A stretch of 62,507 nucleotides of DNA, counting the filler, from Scyliorhinus canicula (lineage: Eukaryota), in assembly GCF_902713615.1 (NCBI RefSeq). It is 6 parts of 6 records of this genome, joined end to end, with 100 filler letters (N's around TTAATTAATTAA, not from the genome) between each part and the next. Parts side by side here need not be neighbours in the genome. Positions count along the whole stretch, not along the records: positions 19,950 to 22,474 come from NW_024055470.1; positions 22,575 to 45,567 come from NW_024056011.1; 4 more parts are not named here. One strand, given 5' to 3'. The stretch's first letter is position 1. Every line of letters begins with the position of its first letter. Positions 21,831 through 33,488 of this stretch are shown here, piece by piece. The translations under genes were made by a program, and so were the position numbers. The notes beneath the pieces are model-generated. The model was not told the origin of the DNA, did not search any database, and saw only the letters and a list, made by a program, of their open reading frames with translations.

Positions 21831-22474
21831 TACGTGCACTGCCACCTCATAGCACTAGGGACCTGGGGTCAATTCCGACCTTGGGTAACTGTCTGTGGAG
21901 TTTGCACGTTCTCCTCATGTCTGCATGGGTTTCCTCCGGGGGCTCCGGTTTCTTCCCACAATCCAAACCGAACGACTTCAGGAATGAGTTAGGATTCTGT
22001 CTTACCCTCACCAGCTTCACTCATGTCATACACCCAGGACATGCTTGTCTGCAAAACATAAACGCATCTATTGAAACCTATTATCCGGAAGGGTCGACAG
22101 TATGGTCATTTTTGTAAATCAACGATCATGGTTATTGAGAAATACATTCCTGGATGGTCATGTTGCAAAAATGTATAGTTCCATAGAAATTGATGTGCAA
22201 CACAATATTGCCACACTGACACAACCTCAGGGAATTCCATTTCGGAGAGCTCACTTTGAAAAGTCGATGGTTTTTCGCAGCCTGACTGACTCTTTGCTCT
22301 TTTATGTGTCTATGGTTGTCTTAATCAGTTTTATTGTCTACTGCCGTGTTTGTCTCTGTGTCCGTGCTTGTGTTGCTTCTATGCTATATTCGAGGCTTCT
22401 GGTGAACACGGGAGGCGGATATATTCACTTACTTTTATCGTTACCAACTCGTCTTTCAAGAATCTCCATAGCAC

Positions 22475-22574
22475 NNNNNNNNNNNNNNNNNNNNNNNNNN
22501 NNNNNNNNNNNNNNNNNNTTAATTAATTAANNNNNNNNNNNNNNNNNNNNNNNNNNNNNNNNNNNNNNNNNNNN
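22475..22574. other. Artificial contig linker
   Basis: N block with central TTAATTAATTAA. Confidence 0.95.
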
Positions 22575-22749
22575 TCTCTCACACAGACACTCACAAGTAC
22601 TCTCACAACCATTCTTTTTATGTATCTCTCACAGAGACATCCACATAATCATGTGCATGCGTGCGCGCACATATACACGGGGACACACACGTACTGTCAG
22701 ACACATTCACACTCTCTATCACATACACACTCTCCGATACACGAGTGAG

Positions 22750-23640
22750 ATTTACCGGCTTTGACATCAAGGCAGCATTTCAACGAGTGTAGTCTCAAGC
22801 AGCCCAAGCAAAAATTGAATCGATGGGAATCAAGGAAACAATCTCCACTGGTTGAAGTCCTAATAAGCATCAAGGTAGATGATTTCCATTGCTGGATGTC
22901 AATCGCCTCAATTCCAAGACATCACTGCAAGAGTTCCTCAGGGTAGTGTCCTACGCCAACCATCTTCTGCTTCTTCATCAATGACCTTTCTTCCATCATA
23001 AGGTCAAAAGTGGGGTTTCTCTGATGATTACACAATGTTCAGCACCATTTGCAACTGTGCGTTACTGAAAACATCTATGTATTAATAAAGCAAGATGGGA
23101 CGATGTCCAGGCTCTGGCTGACAAGTGGTAAGTAACATTCACGTCACCCAACTGAAGGCAATGACGATCTCCAGAAAATACGGATCTAACCATCACCCAT
23201 TGATATTCAATGGCATTGCCATCATTGAAACCCCCCATTATTAGCATCCTGGGGCTAATAGGGAACAGATGTGATCTGGACGAGCTGTATACATTTTGTG
23301 GCTCCAAGAAGAGTTCACAGGTAAGGAATCCTGCGGCAAGAAATTTAGCTCCTGTCCACCAACTAATAATTCACTGCAGAAGATGATCATGTTTCCTTCG
23401 GCAGCACCTTCCAAACTCACGACAGCTACCATCTGGACAAGATCAGCAGACACATGGGAACACCACCAACTGGAAGTTCCCTTCAAGCCACTGACAACTC
23501 TTACTTCGAAATATATCACCGTTCCTTCACGGTCGCTGCATCAAAATCCTGGAAATGCCGCCTGGACAACATCACATGGACTGAAATGGTTCAAGATGGA
23601 AGCTCCGCCACTGCTTCAAGGGCAATTAGGAATGGGAAAT
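22750..23640 (+). mobile_element. Old LINE (CR1/L2-superfamily) RT fragment
   Basis: A degenerate frame FDIKAAFQRV...MGIK and agttcctcagggtagtgtcc (VPQGSV). Many stops. Confidence 0.55.
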
Positions 23641-23814
23641 AAATGTTGGCCTCGCCTATGGCCTTCATCTAAGAATGAATAAAAACAACACACTCTCTCT
23701 GACACAATGTTCCAATATTCCCGTTTGTAAAATAAAAATCCATTCAGTTGCAGGAATATTTATTGTTCCAGTTCTGACTTATATTGTGAAAAATAAAATT
23801 ACACCAGCAATAAA

Positions 23815-24261
23815 GTAGCTGCCCAGTGATCTACACTGCTGTCTGACTGTACACAGCCGGTGTTACTGAAAGTATTAAAGCAGCTGCCAGTGATCTACAC
23901 TGCTGTCTGACTTTACACAGCCGGTGTTACTGACAGTATTAAAGCAGCTGCCCAGTGATCTACACTGCTGTCTGACTGTACACAGCCCGTGTTACTGACA
24001 GTATTAAAGCAGCTGCCCAGTGATCTACACTGCTGTCTGACTGTACACAGCCGGTATTACTGAAAGTATTAAAGCAGCTGCCCAGTGATCTACACTGCTG
24101 TCTGACTGTACACAGCCCGTGTTACTGAAAGTATTAAAGCAGCTGCCCAGTGATCTACACTGCGGTCTGACTGTACACAGCCGGTGTTACTGACAGTATT
24201 ACAGCAGCTGCCCAGTGATCTACACTGCAGCCTGACTGTACACAGCCGGTGTTACTGAAAG
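23815..24261. repeat. 65-bp tandem repeat, ~7 copies
   Basis: Unit gcagctgcccagtgatctacactgctgtctgactgtacacagccggtgttactgaaagtattaaa. Confidence 0.95.
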
Positions 24262-24469
24262 CTGATCAATGTGGAGAATCAGGACAGGATGGATGGAGAG
24301 GAAGCGGAGGAGGTGGGCGTGGTGGAGCCGAATGGAGGAGCCCCCAGCTCGGCTGTGGACAACAGGCAACAGGAAGCTGAGGCTGAGCGGAAATTCATCC
24401 AGAGAAATAGCGTCCTGAAGGGCTGAGAGTACCTGGGAATGATCACACACCGACGGTTACTCGCCCTCG

Positions 24470-25780
24470 CTCATTCACTCGGCCTGACGCACCTCACTTA
24501 CCCATTCTTACTCACTCACACCAATTCACTCATCATCACTCTCCCACATTCAGTCACCCACCCCCAGTAACCTACGCTCATTCAAATACCCTCATTCACA
24601 TATATCCTTTCACCCTCCCTGACACACATTCACTTACCCACCATCACTCATCTACCCCCCCCCCGACACATTTTCACTCACCTACCATCACTCACAAAAG
24701 CTCACTCACCCACCCTCAGTCACTCACCTCACTCGGTGACACACTCTCACTTACTCAGCCTCATTCACCCACTCCCCTTGACACACCCTCACTCAACTAC
24801 CATCAGTCACCCACCCTCACTCCCCCAGCGTCACTCACTCGCACTCCCTCACTCTCCCTTGCTCACCTACCCTCCCGCACGCACCCTTACTCACACACAC
24901 ACTCACCTTCTTTCAGCCATCCACAGTCACCCACTCTACATCATCAACACTCACTCATACACCATCATTCACTCAACCCTTACTCTCATGAACACACTCA
25001 CCCATCCTCACTCAACATCACTCAGTCACCCTTATTGACTCACAACCTCACTCACTTTCCCTCACTCACCCACATTGGTTCACTCACCCAACCTCAATAA
25101 TTCAGCCTCACAAACCCACTCATCCTCATTCAGTAACTCAGTCTAGCTGAATACCCACACTTACACACCTATCGTCACTTACTGACACGCTCACTCACCC
25201 AACCTCACTCACGCAATGTTACTCACTCACCGTCGCTCACTTAACTACCCTCAATGACCGACCATCACTCACCCTAGATAACCGACACTACCTCAGACAC
25301 CTTCATACCCACCATCACTGGCTCATCCTCACTCACATACCCATCCTGACTCATTCACCCTCACTCTCACTGCTTCATTCTCAAAGCCTCTCTCATCAAC
25401 ACTCCCTCACGCGTCTTCACTCACATCCTCAGCCATCCCTATACAACTCCCTCACTCACGCAAGTTCCTTCAAAATCCCTCTCAGCCACCATTAGTCACG
25501 CACCGTCACACATCCACTTTATTTTACCCACTCTCACTCGCCCTCACTAAATCACTCTCACTCAGCCTCATAAGCTTACCGTCACTAATTCACGCTCACC
25601 CACCCTCATTCACCCACCATCATTCACCCTCACATGCTTACCCTCACTTACACACATCATTCATTGTTTAACCCTCCCTCACCCATCAATCACCAGCACA
25701 CACACATCCTCGCCCATTCACCGGCACTAATTCTCCATCCCTGATTCAATTACTCACTCATCCTCTCTCACTCACACTCA
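24470..25780. repeat. Degenerate CTCA/CACT-rich low-complexity tract
   Basis: Very G-poor + strand with recurring ctcactcacc words. Confidence 0.9.
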
Positions 25781-26599
25781 ATAAATCGGCGGGGAGTGTC
25801 TGCAACGAGAGAGAAAGAGAGAACTGGAGCGACACACGAGCACGAGTGGCGTCCGAATGTGGTTGCATGTGACGGGAGTGGCACGAGCTGAAGGAAAGTG
25901 CATTGAGCCGGGAGAGAACGCCGGGGTCGTGGAAACAGAAAACGAGGCAGGGGTAAGGGCAGAGATGGGGGTGGGGGAGAGCACTGAGATATGGGGGAAT
26001 GGGTAGTGATGCGGCGGAAATCACAAAGGGAACGACAAAATAGCCGAGCTGGCAAAAAACAGAGCGCAGGGAAAATGTGCAGAGAGCAGGGGAAAGTCTG
26101 GAGAGTCAGTGGAAGTGCAGAGATCCAGAAGAAATCCCACTGAGCGAGTAATGAGCGAGAAGAATCCGGGTAAAGTGCACAGGGCTGTCGAAAAGCTCAA
26201 AGAGCTTGAAGAACATGCTAAGAACCGAGAAGACCTCCAAAGAACTGAGAAAAGTGAATGGCACAAAGAGCCAGAAGAAAGTGCCGAGAGACGAGAGACA
26301 GAGCAGAGATGTGGGGGAAAAGATAGAGAACCGGGGAAAAGAGGAGAGAGCTTTAAGAAAGTGAAGGGAACAGGCGAAAGGTGCAGAGATCCAGCAGGAC
26401 CGCAGAGAGATGGGGGAACGCACAGAGAGCGCGGGGCGGGGCGGAGGGATTGCAGACAGCCCGTTCTCAGTGACAGGCGGAGTGTGGAGTTAACACCACA
26501 ATCAGCACAGCCAGGATATTATTGAATGGGGGAGGAGGCTCGACGGGTCGAATAGCCTCCAGCAGCTGTTAATGTGGATGATCCTAAAATTAGAGAATG

Positions 26600-26760
26600 T
26601 TGCAATGACTCAAATTTGGAGATTAATTGCAATTGCGAAACTGTGCATTCTTAAGGTACTTTTGACGCAAAGTCACTATTCTGTGGTTTGGGGAGTGTGG
26701 GTAGTGAGGTGGAGAGAGGAGGGGCATCAGGCAGTTTGAACAAAGGGAATTTCCAAAACT
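26600..26760 (+). promoter_or_regulatory. Candidate intronic enhancer motif cluster
   Basis: TGACTCA (26606-26612), TGACGCAA (~26663-26670), TGTGGTT (26682-26688) and GGGAATTTCC (26745-26754) fall within 150 bp. Motif evidence only. Confidence 0.4.
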
Positions 26761-26807
26761 GCAAAGATATAAATGAAGAGACAACTTCTTTCTCACAAAG
26801 TGCTGTT

Positions 26808-28142
26808 GATTGTGACGTACACAGCTCAGTTAGGTGGATTGTGACGTACATAGCTCAGTTAGCTGGATTGTGACGTACACAGGTCAGTTAGCTGGATTGT
26901 GACGTACACAGCTCAGTTAGCTGAATTTTGACGAACACAGGTCAGTTAGCTGGATTGTGACGTACACAGCTCAGTCAGCTGGAATGTGACGTACCCAGCT
27001 CAGTTAGCTGGATTGTGACGTACACAGCTCAGTTAGCTGGATTGTGACGTACACAGCTCAGTTAGCTGGATTGTGACGTACACAGCTCCGTTAGCTGGAT
27101 TGTGACGGACACAGCTCAGTTAGCTGGATTGTGACGTACACAGCTCCGTTAGCTAGATTGTGACGTACACAGCTCAGTCAGCTGGATTGTGACGTACTCA
27201 GCTCAGTTAGCTGGATTGTGACGTACACAGCTCAGTTAGATGAATTTTGACGAACACAGGTCAGTTAGCTGGATTGTGACGTACACAGCTCAGTCAGCTG
27301 GAATGTGACGTACCCAGCTCAGTTAGCTGGATTGTGACGTACACAGCTCAGTTAGCTGGATTGAGACGTACACAGCTCAGTTAGCCGGATTGAGACGTAC
27401 ACAGCTCAGTTCGCTGGATTGTGACGTACATAGCTCAGTTAGCTGGATTGTGACGTAGACAGCTCCGTTAGCTGGATTGTGACGTACACAGCTCAGTTAG
27501 CTGGATTGTGACGTACACAGCTCCTTTAGCTGGATTGTGACGGACACAGCTCAGTTAGCTGGATTGTGACGTACACAGCTCCGTTAGCTAGATGGTGACG
27601 TACACGGCTCAGTCAGCTGGATTGTGACGTACTCAGCTCAGTTAGCTGGATTGTGACGTACACAGCTCAGTTAGCTGGATTGAGACGTACACAGCTCAGT
27701 CAGCTGGATTGTGACGTACACAGCTCAGTCAGCTGGATTGTTACGTACACAGCTCAGTTAGTTCGACTGTCATGTACACAGCTCAGTTAGCTGCATTGTG
27801 ACATTTACAGCGTTGTTAGCTGGATTGCGACGTACACAGCTCAGTTAGCTGGATTGTGGCGTACGTAGCTCAGTTAGCTGGATTGTGACGTGCACTGCTC
27901 AATTAGCTGGATTGAGACGTACACAGCTCAGTTGGTTGGATTGTGACGTACACAGCTCAGTCAGCTGGATTGTGACGTACACAGCTCAGTTCGTTCGACT
28001 GTCATGTACACAGCTCAGTTAGCTGCAATGTGACCTACACAGCTCAGTTAGCTGGATTGTGGCGTACACAGCTCAGTTAGCTGGATTGTGACGTACACAG
28101 CTCAGTTGGCTGGATTGTGACGTACACAGCTCAGTTAGCTGG
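26808..28142 (+). repeat. 29-bp AGCT-rich tandem array (~46 units)
   Basis: Unit gattgtgacgtacacagctcagttagctg. 1335 bp / 29 gives ~46 units. Confidence 0.97.
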
Positions 28143-28335
28143 ACGGCTGGTTCGTGATGAAGAGCGATCTCAACAGCGTGGGTTCAATTGCTGCACCGGC
28201 TGAGGTTATTAATGAAGACCCCATTCTCAACCTTGCCCCTGGCCTGAGTTATGGTGACCCTCAGGTTAAATCACCACCAGTCAGCTCTCAAAAGGAGAGA
28301 GCAATCTCCGGGACTATGGTGGGGTTTACATTTTA
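28128..28335 (+). mobile_element. tRNA-derived SINE whose head merges with the last 29-bp unit
   Basis: gctcagttagctggacggctggttcgtgatg...gggttcaattgctgcaccggctgagg... with A-box- and B-box-like motifs. Confidence 0.75.
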
Positions 28336-28656
28336 GAGAATACGATGACTGAAATAATGCGAAAAATCATCCGCTCTTCACTTTCAATCCAATGAAATTT
28401 ACACCATTCAGATTACATCAAAATGCTGTTTTTTGCCAGGTGATATGGACGGAGAAAAATATGTAAGTTTCTAATGAGGGGGCAAACAGGCGGTGGTTGT
28501 CAAATGATAGAACTAATAGAAGCTGAAATGTGGATAGAGCATTTATTCGGAAAATGTTGTAATAAACGCATAGTTCTCGTCAAATTTTGAAATGTTTGGT
28601 TACTGAATAAATACAATCCCAGAGTCTAACTTGTTGAATGGGCCATTCTCTCCCAG

Positions 28657-28953
28657 CGACACCGTCTCCGCCCACTCTCTACAGCCTGGTCTCCTGTCAG
28701 CAACGCAACACCGACGGCTCCGTGACCTACGGCTGTTTAGCGATGGACTACTCCCCAGAAATCACCAGCGTTACCTGGAAGAAGGATGGGCAGCCGATCA
28801 CCACTGGAGTTAAGAAATACCCGTCAGTGAGAAACAAGAAGGGAACCTACACCCTGAGCAGCCAGTTAACCATCACCGAGTCGGAGGGGGGATGCAGCAA
28901 AATCAGCTGTGAGGTTCGAAACAGCGGCTCAGACAAGAGCATTGAAATGACAT
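28657..28953 (+). CDS. IGHM: IgM heavy chain CH1 exon
   Basis: CAG acceptor and GTAAGT donor; 297 nt. [16 protein letters not shown]...[19 protein letters not shown]...[11 protein letters not shown]...SCEVR is typical shark Cmu1. Confidence 0.95.
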
Positions 28954-29162
28954 GTAAGTGTTGTAGAAACTGTGAGAAATAAGAAACCTGTGATTACCTT
29001 ATATAGAGTCTTGGATATAACTCATTTGTAATTCTCTGCATAGTCCTGATCCATGGGAAATCCTGCTTCGTGTCCATTGGCCACAAATGTGAAAGTATAT
29101 GAACTAATTTTGATTGTTATCAATTTATTCTGTAATAAATGTCTAACTTGTGTTTTCTGAAG

Positions 29163-29474
29163 GTCCTCTACCTGACATCCATCCAAATGTTCTCCTCACC
29201 GTGAGTTCTAATGAAGAAATCTCAAGCAAGAAATTTGCAACCATGGTCTGTTCAATTAACGATTTCCGCCCAAAGTCAATGACGGTGAAGTGGCTGAAGA
29301 ATGGACAAGCCATGGCTTCAGGTATTGTCACCTCTCCCGCCTGTGAAGTGAACGGGAACTTCTCGGCGAGCAGTCGGCTGACAGTCTCCGCTGGGGAATG
29401 GTTCAGCAGAGCGGTCTATACCTGCCAGGTCACTCATCAAGAGGTCACCCAAAGTCACAACATCACCGCGTCTG
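29163..29474 (+). CDS. IGHM: IgM heavy chain CH2 exon
   Basis: AG acceptor and GTAAGG donor; 312 nt in phase. PNVLLTVSS...[21 protein letters not shown]...YTCQVTH. Confidence 0.95.
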
Positions 29475-30113
29475 GTAAGGGACACAAACAGAGGAAACAA
29501 TAAATCATCCTGCACTCTGCTGTTAATCCAAATCAGGAATTTACTGAAGGTAGCACAAAGCACAGAATAACTTCTAATTTACTGCCATGTAGTTTGTGTT
29601 TCATTCTCATGTAAGAGATGCATTTGGATTACTCACCATTCAGGATTTGATCAGTATAGAAATAAATGTTTCCCTCTCACCTGAAGTAATTTAGGGAGTG
29701 AGGTGGATTTGATATCAGCTTTACCATGAGACAGCTGATTAAATTGCAGAGGCAATAGCTGTCTGGAACCCTTTACTGAAACCAGCTCGGGACGAAGATT
29801 TTGGAAAGTTCATTCAAGATATTTATCAAGCAGCCTTCCATATTAGGATTCTGAGATCAGGACTGGAATATTTGTATTGGGAATGCTGCAATACTGATTC
29901 ATTAGAATGGTTTCGAGGCTGACTGTATTTCACAATGAAAATAGTTTTCACAAACCAAACTAGTTTTCCATTGTGTATAGAAGATTTAAAGGCGATTATT
30001 AGAGGTTCTTATTCCGAGGTTGCTTTATTCCCATTTAGTGAGTGAAGGCTGAATCCTGCTGTCCTGATTCTGAAGATGAAACTTGGGTTGATTTCCATGT
30101 TTTTCATTCACAG

Positions 30114-30422
30114 ATACTTCCGGTTGCACTGCCGCATCAGTAACAATACTGCCACCGCCAATAGAACAGGTCTTACTGGAGGCGACTGTAACCTTAACCT
30201 GCGTCATTTCAAATGCTCCTTATGGAGTCAACGTGTCCTGGAGTGAAGCGAAGAAGCCGCTGAAATCAGAGATTGCCGACCAGCCTGGGGCAGATACTGA
30301 GAGCGTGGTCAGCAAATTAAACATCTCGACACAAGCCTGGCTGAGTGGGGCTGTGTTTGACTGTATGGCGAGCCATCAGGACCTGCCAACTCCTTTAAGA
30401 ATTTCAATCCACAAAAAAATAG
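30114..30422 (+). CDS. IGHM: IgM heavy chain CH3 exon
   Basis: CAG acceptor and GTGAG donor; 309 nt in phase. [22 protein letters not shown]...VNVSW...[13 protein letters not shown]. Confidence 0.95.
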
Positions 30423-30639
30423 GTGAGCGGTGAGACTGAAGCAATAATTGAGCCATTGTGCCTATTTCCAGTGTCAGTGCAGCGGTCAGTATTTAGTATT
30501 CAGTGTATTTATGGTCTATTCTGATTGGTAATTCCACTAACTAAATACTCTGGGCGTTTAGAGTTTAAGTGGGGAATTGATATGCAGATGAATGAACAAT
30601 GAATTGAAAACAGCGATATTGGGTTTAGATGGAGCGAGA

Positions 30640-31660
30640 CCATAGACCACAAGATTTAGGAGCAGATGTAGGCCATTGGGCCCATCAACACTGATACAGC
30701 TTCCAGTGAGGTCATGACTGATCTGATGTGATAATCTTCAATTCCTCTTTCCCGCCTTATCCCCATATCTCTTGACGTCTTTACTGATTTAAAATGCATC
30801 TCTCTCAACCTTGAACGTACCGAACAACCCAGAATCTACAGCACCCTGGGTCAAATAATTCCACAGCTTCACTACCCTCTGAGAGAGGAAATTCCTTCTC
30901 ATCTCTGTCTTAAATAGGCGGACCCTTACTTTGTGATCATTCACTCTGCTCCGAGATGCTCCCACAAGGGAAAACAACCTCTCAGCATCTATTCTAAGTT
31001 TTAGCCCGACTTCCCCATGTTTAAATTCTATTCCCTTTGAAATAAATGTCAACATTCAATTTGTCTCCATATTTCCAGCAGAACTTGCTTTTTGTGGTTT
31101 CTGCGCGAGGAACCGCAATTCCCCCGTTACTTAAGCTTTCTACAGTCTTTCTACATCTAAAATATATTCCGTTATGTTCTTCCCCCTACCGAAGTTTCAA
31201 ACCTCACATTTTCCTACATCATATTCCATCTGCTAAGTTTTTACTCGGTAACTTACGCTGTCTCTGTTCCTCTGTGGATTTCCTATAATCCTCACCACTT
31301 GCCTTTCTACCTACTTTTGTCATCTGCAAACGTGGGACACGTACATACATTTATTAAACACAGTTTTGAAATTCATGTATATTACATCTATTGCATCTAG
31401 CCTTCTCGTTATCACCTCAAATAAGGGCACTACATTTGTCAAGAAATTATTTCCCCTTCACGAAGCCGTGCTGACTCTGTTTGATTATATTGTGTATTTC
31501 TAAATGCTTAGCTATTGGATCCGTTATAATGGGCTCGAACCGTTTTCCACTGACAGATGTTAACGTCCCTGGCCTATAGTTACCTGTTTTTGACTCCCCT
31601 CCCTTTTGAATAAGGGTGTTACATTGGCAGTTTCCCAATCCTCTGGGAGTAAGGTGGGAT
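30640..31660 (-). mobile_element. Degenerate CR1 fragments in the CH3-CH4 intron
   Basis: ORF 30789..31055 (MLTFISKGIEFK...RRNFLSQRVVKLWN) and a QSQHGFVKGK piece in ORF 31447..31872. Confidence 0.7.
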
Positions 31661-31941
31661 GAGCCTGGTGTGGAGTTTATACACCAGCACAGAACAGTTG
31701 CGCCGAATGGCCTGTTTCCCTGCTGTACACTTTCTGAAACTTTCGAATCCAATATCCGTAAATTCTCAGGGAAAGGATTGTGTCCACCTCTGCTCCGAGC
31801 TGGAAAACCGGACAGATCCCAAAGTGGAAAATTGAAGCCTTTAAAATCCAACACAAAACACATTTCTCCCACATCTAACCCGCGGTTCCATTGTCTCCGG
31901 AATTTCCTATTTTATTGACATTTATTGTACATTTTCTGCAG

Positions 31942-32333
31942 ATCCCAATCCGCGGGAACCGTCCGTCTCTGTCCTCCTGCCCTCGGCTGAAGACGTCTCC
32001 GCTCAGAGATTCGTCTCCCTCAGCTGCCTAGTGAGAGGTTTCTCCCCCCGAGAGATCTTCGTCAAGTGGACCGTCAATGACAAGCCGGTGAATCCCGGGA
32101 ACGACAAGAACACCGAGGTGATGGCGGAGAACGGCAATAGCTCCTTCTTCATGTACAGCCTGTTATCCATTGCAGCGGAGGAGTGGGCCAGCGGCGCTTC
32201 TTACTCCTGTGTGGTGGGACATGAAGCCATCCCCTTGAAGATCATCAACAGAACGGTTGACAAATCCAGCGGTAAACCCAGTTTTGTGAACATTTCCCTC
32301 GCTCTGATGGACACCGTTAATTCATGTCAATGA
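31942..32333 (+). CDS. IGHM: IgM heavy chain CH4 + secretory tail exon
   Basis: CAG acceptor; [14 protein letters not shown]...[19 protein letters not shown] with a penultimate Cys. The internal G|GTAAA donor at 32271/32272 is in phase with TM1. Confidence 0.96.
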
Positions 32334-32360
32334 GACTCTATTGGTTATATTTCGAACTAA

Positions 32361-32375
32361 AATAAAAATAATAAA
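32361..32375 (+). terminator. Poly(A) signals of secretory IgM
   Basis: Two AATAAA (32361-32366 and 32370-32375) lie 28-42 nt after the stop codon. Confidence 0.8.
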
Positions 32376-32769
32376 GGTTTTTTTCCTCCAATTGTGATTT
32401 AAATGTACAGCCGCCTAATTAATGGCGCTTCCACTTTGCTGATATTAGATCTGTTCAATGAGACCCGGATTTCTACAGGTCTCAGCCCCAAGTCTGATAC
32501 AACCAGTGCTCCCAGCTCAGATACACCCTGGGTTAGAGACAGAGTAAAACTAATTCATTCAAGGATTCAGCAAAATAACTTAATTGTCCTTCCTCCCGCT
32601 GAGGAGAAATCATTTCAGACAAACAAACACATCACATTTAGATCTCGGGGTTCCTGCTTCTCTGATTGTCCATCCCTTTTAAATTGATGTCGGTTTAAGT
32701 TGCTGTATCACATCTAATGGGACCTGAAATGAGGGTCACACAGAAACATGGACCAACAATCCCCAGTCA

Positions 32770-33200
32770 AAGAGAGGGGAAAGTGAAATTGTTAATGCAC
32801 TGTACCCCCACTTCCCCAACAGAGAGGGGGGGAGGGGCTTTAGTTAATCCACTGTACCCCCACTTCCCCAACAGAGAGAGAGGGAGGGGCATTAGTTAAT
32901 TCACTGTAACCCAATTCCACAACAAAGAGAGGAAGAGGGGCATTACTTCATGCACTGTACCCACACTTCCCAGGCAAAGAGAGGGTGGTTTAGTTTACAC
33001 ACGGTGCCCCCACTTCCCCAGCAAAGAGAGGGGAGGGGCATTACCTAATGCACTGTACCCCCACTTCCCCAGCAAAGAGAGTGGGAGGGGCATTAGTTAA
33101 TCCACTGTACCCCCACTTCCCCAATAGAGAGAGGGGGAGGGGCATTAGTTAATGCATTGTACCCTCACTTCCCCAACAAATAGAGCAAAGGGGCAATACT
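32770..33200 (+). repeat. ~50-55-bp tandem repeat downstream of the secretory exon (central copy)
   Basis: Unit like ttagttaatccactgtacccccacttccccaacagagagaggggaggggca. Fewer units than in the other two copies. Confidence 0.9.
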
Positions 33201-33488
33201 AACCCACTTTACCTCCACTTTCCCGACCAAAAGAGGAGGAAGGTGACGATTGAACTCTCTGTATCTCCGCCTCCAGCAGGGAGAACCCAAAGGCAATTTG
33301 CTGAGCTGACCAGAGAGAGGGCGATTATTAACTCAATATCTTCCCAGGGAGTTTGGAAGTAAACGGTTCTCTGGACTAAGAAATCAGTTACTGACATTAC
33401 AAGATGGCATTGAGCTTACTGGCTGAAGGGTTTAAAATACCATCATGATAAAGATGTTCTTAAAATATCTATTTATGCAACATAATTT

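Noticed and set aside
26109-26525. 138-aa charged ORF upstream of CH1
   Set aside because: It arises from AG-rich low-complexity DNA, with no ATG context, splice support or domain.
26808-28142. CRISPR-like regular array (also 23815-24261)
   Set aside because: Units are head-to-tail with no unique spacers, there are no cas genes, and the context is vertebrate.
22575-28656. Absence of VH-D-J upstream of Cmu as evidence of an orphan C gene
   Set aside because: The contig starts only ~6.1 kb upstream at an artificial linker, so the J region may simply be missing from the assembly.
16410-32333. Head-to-head inverted IgM duplication
   Set aside because: Orientation across linker-joined contigs is arbitrary.
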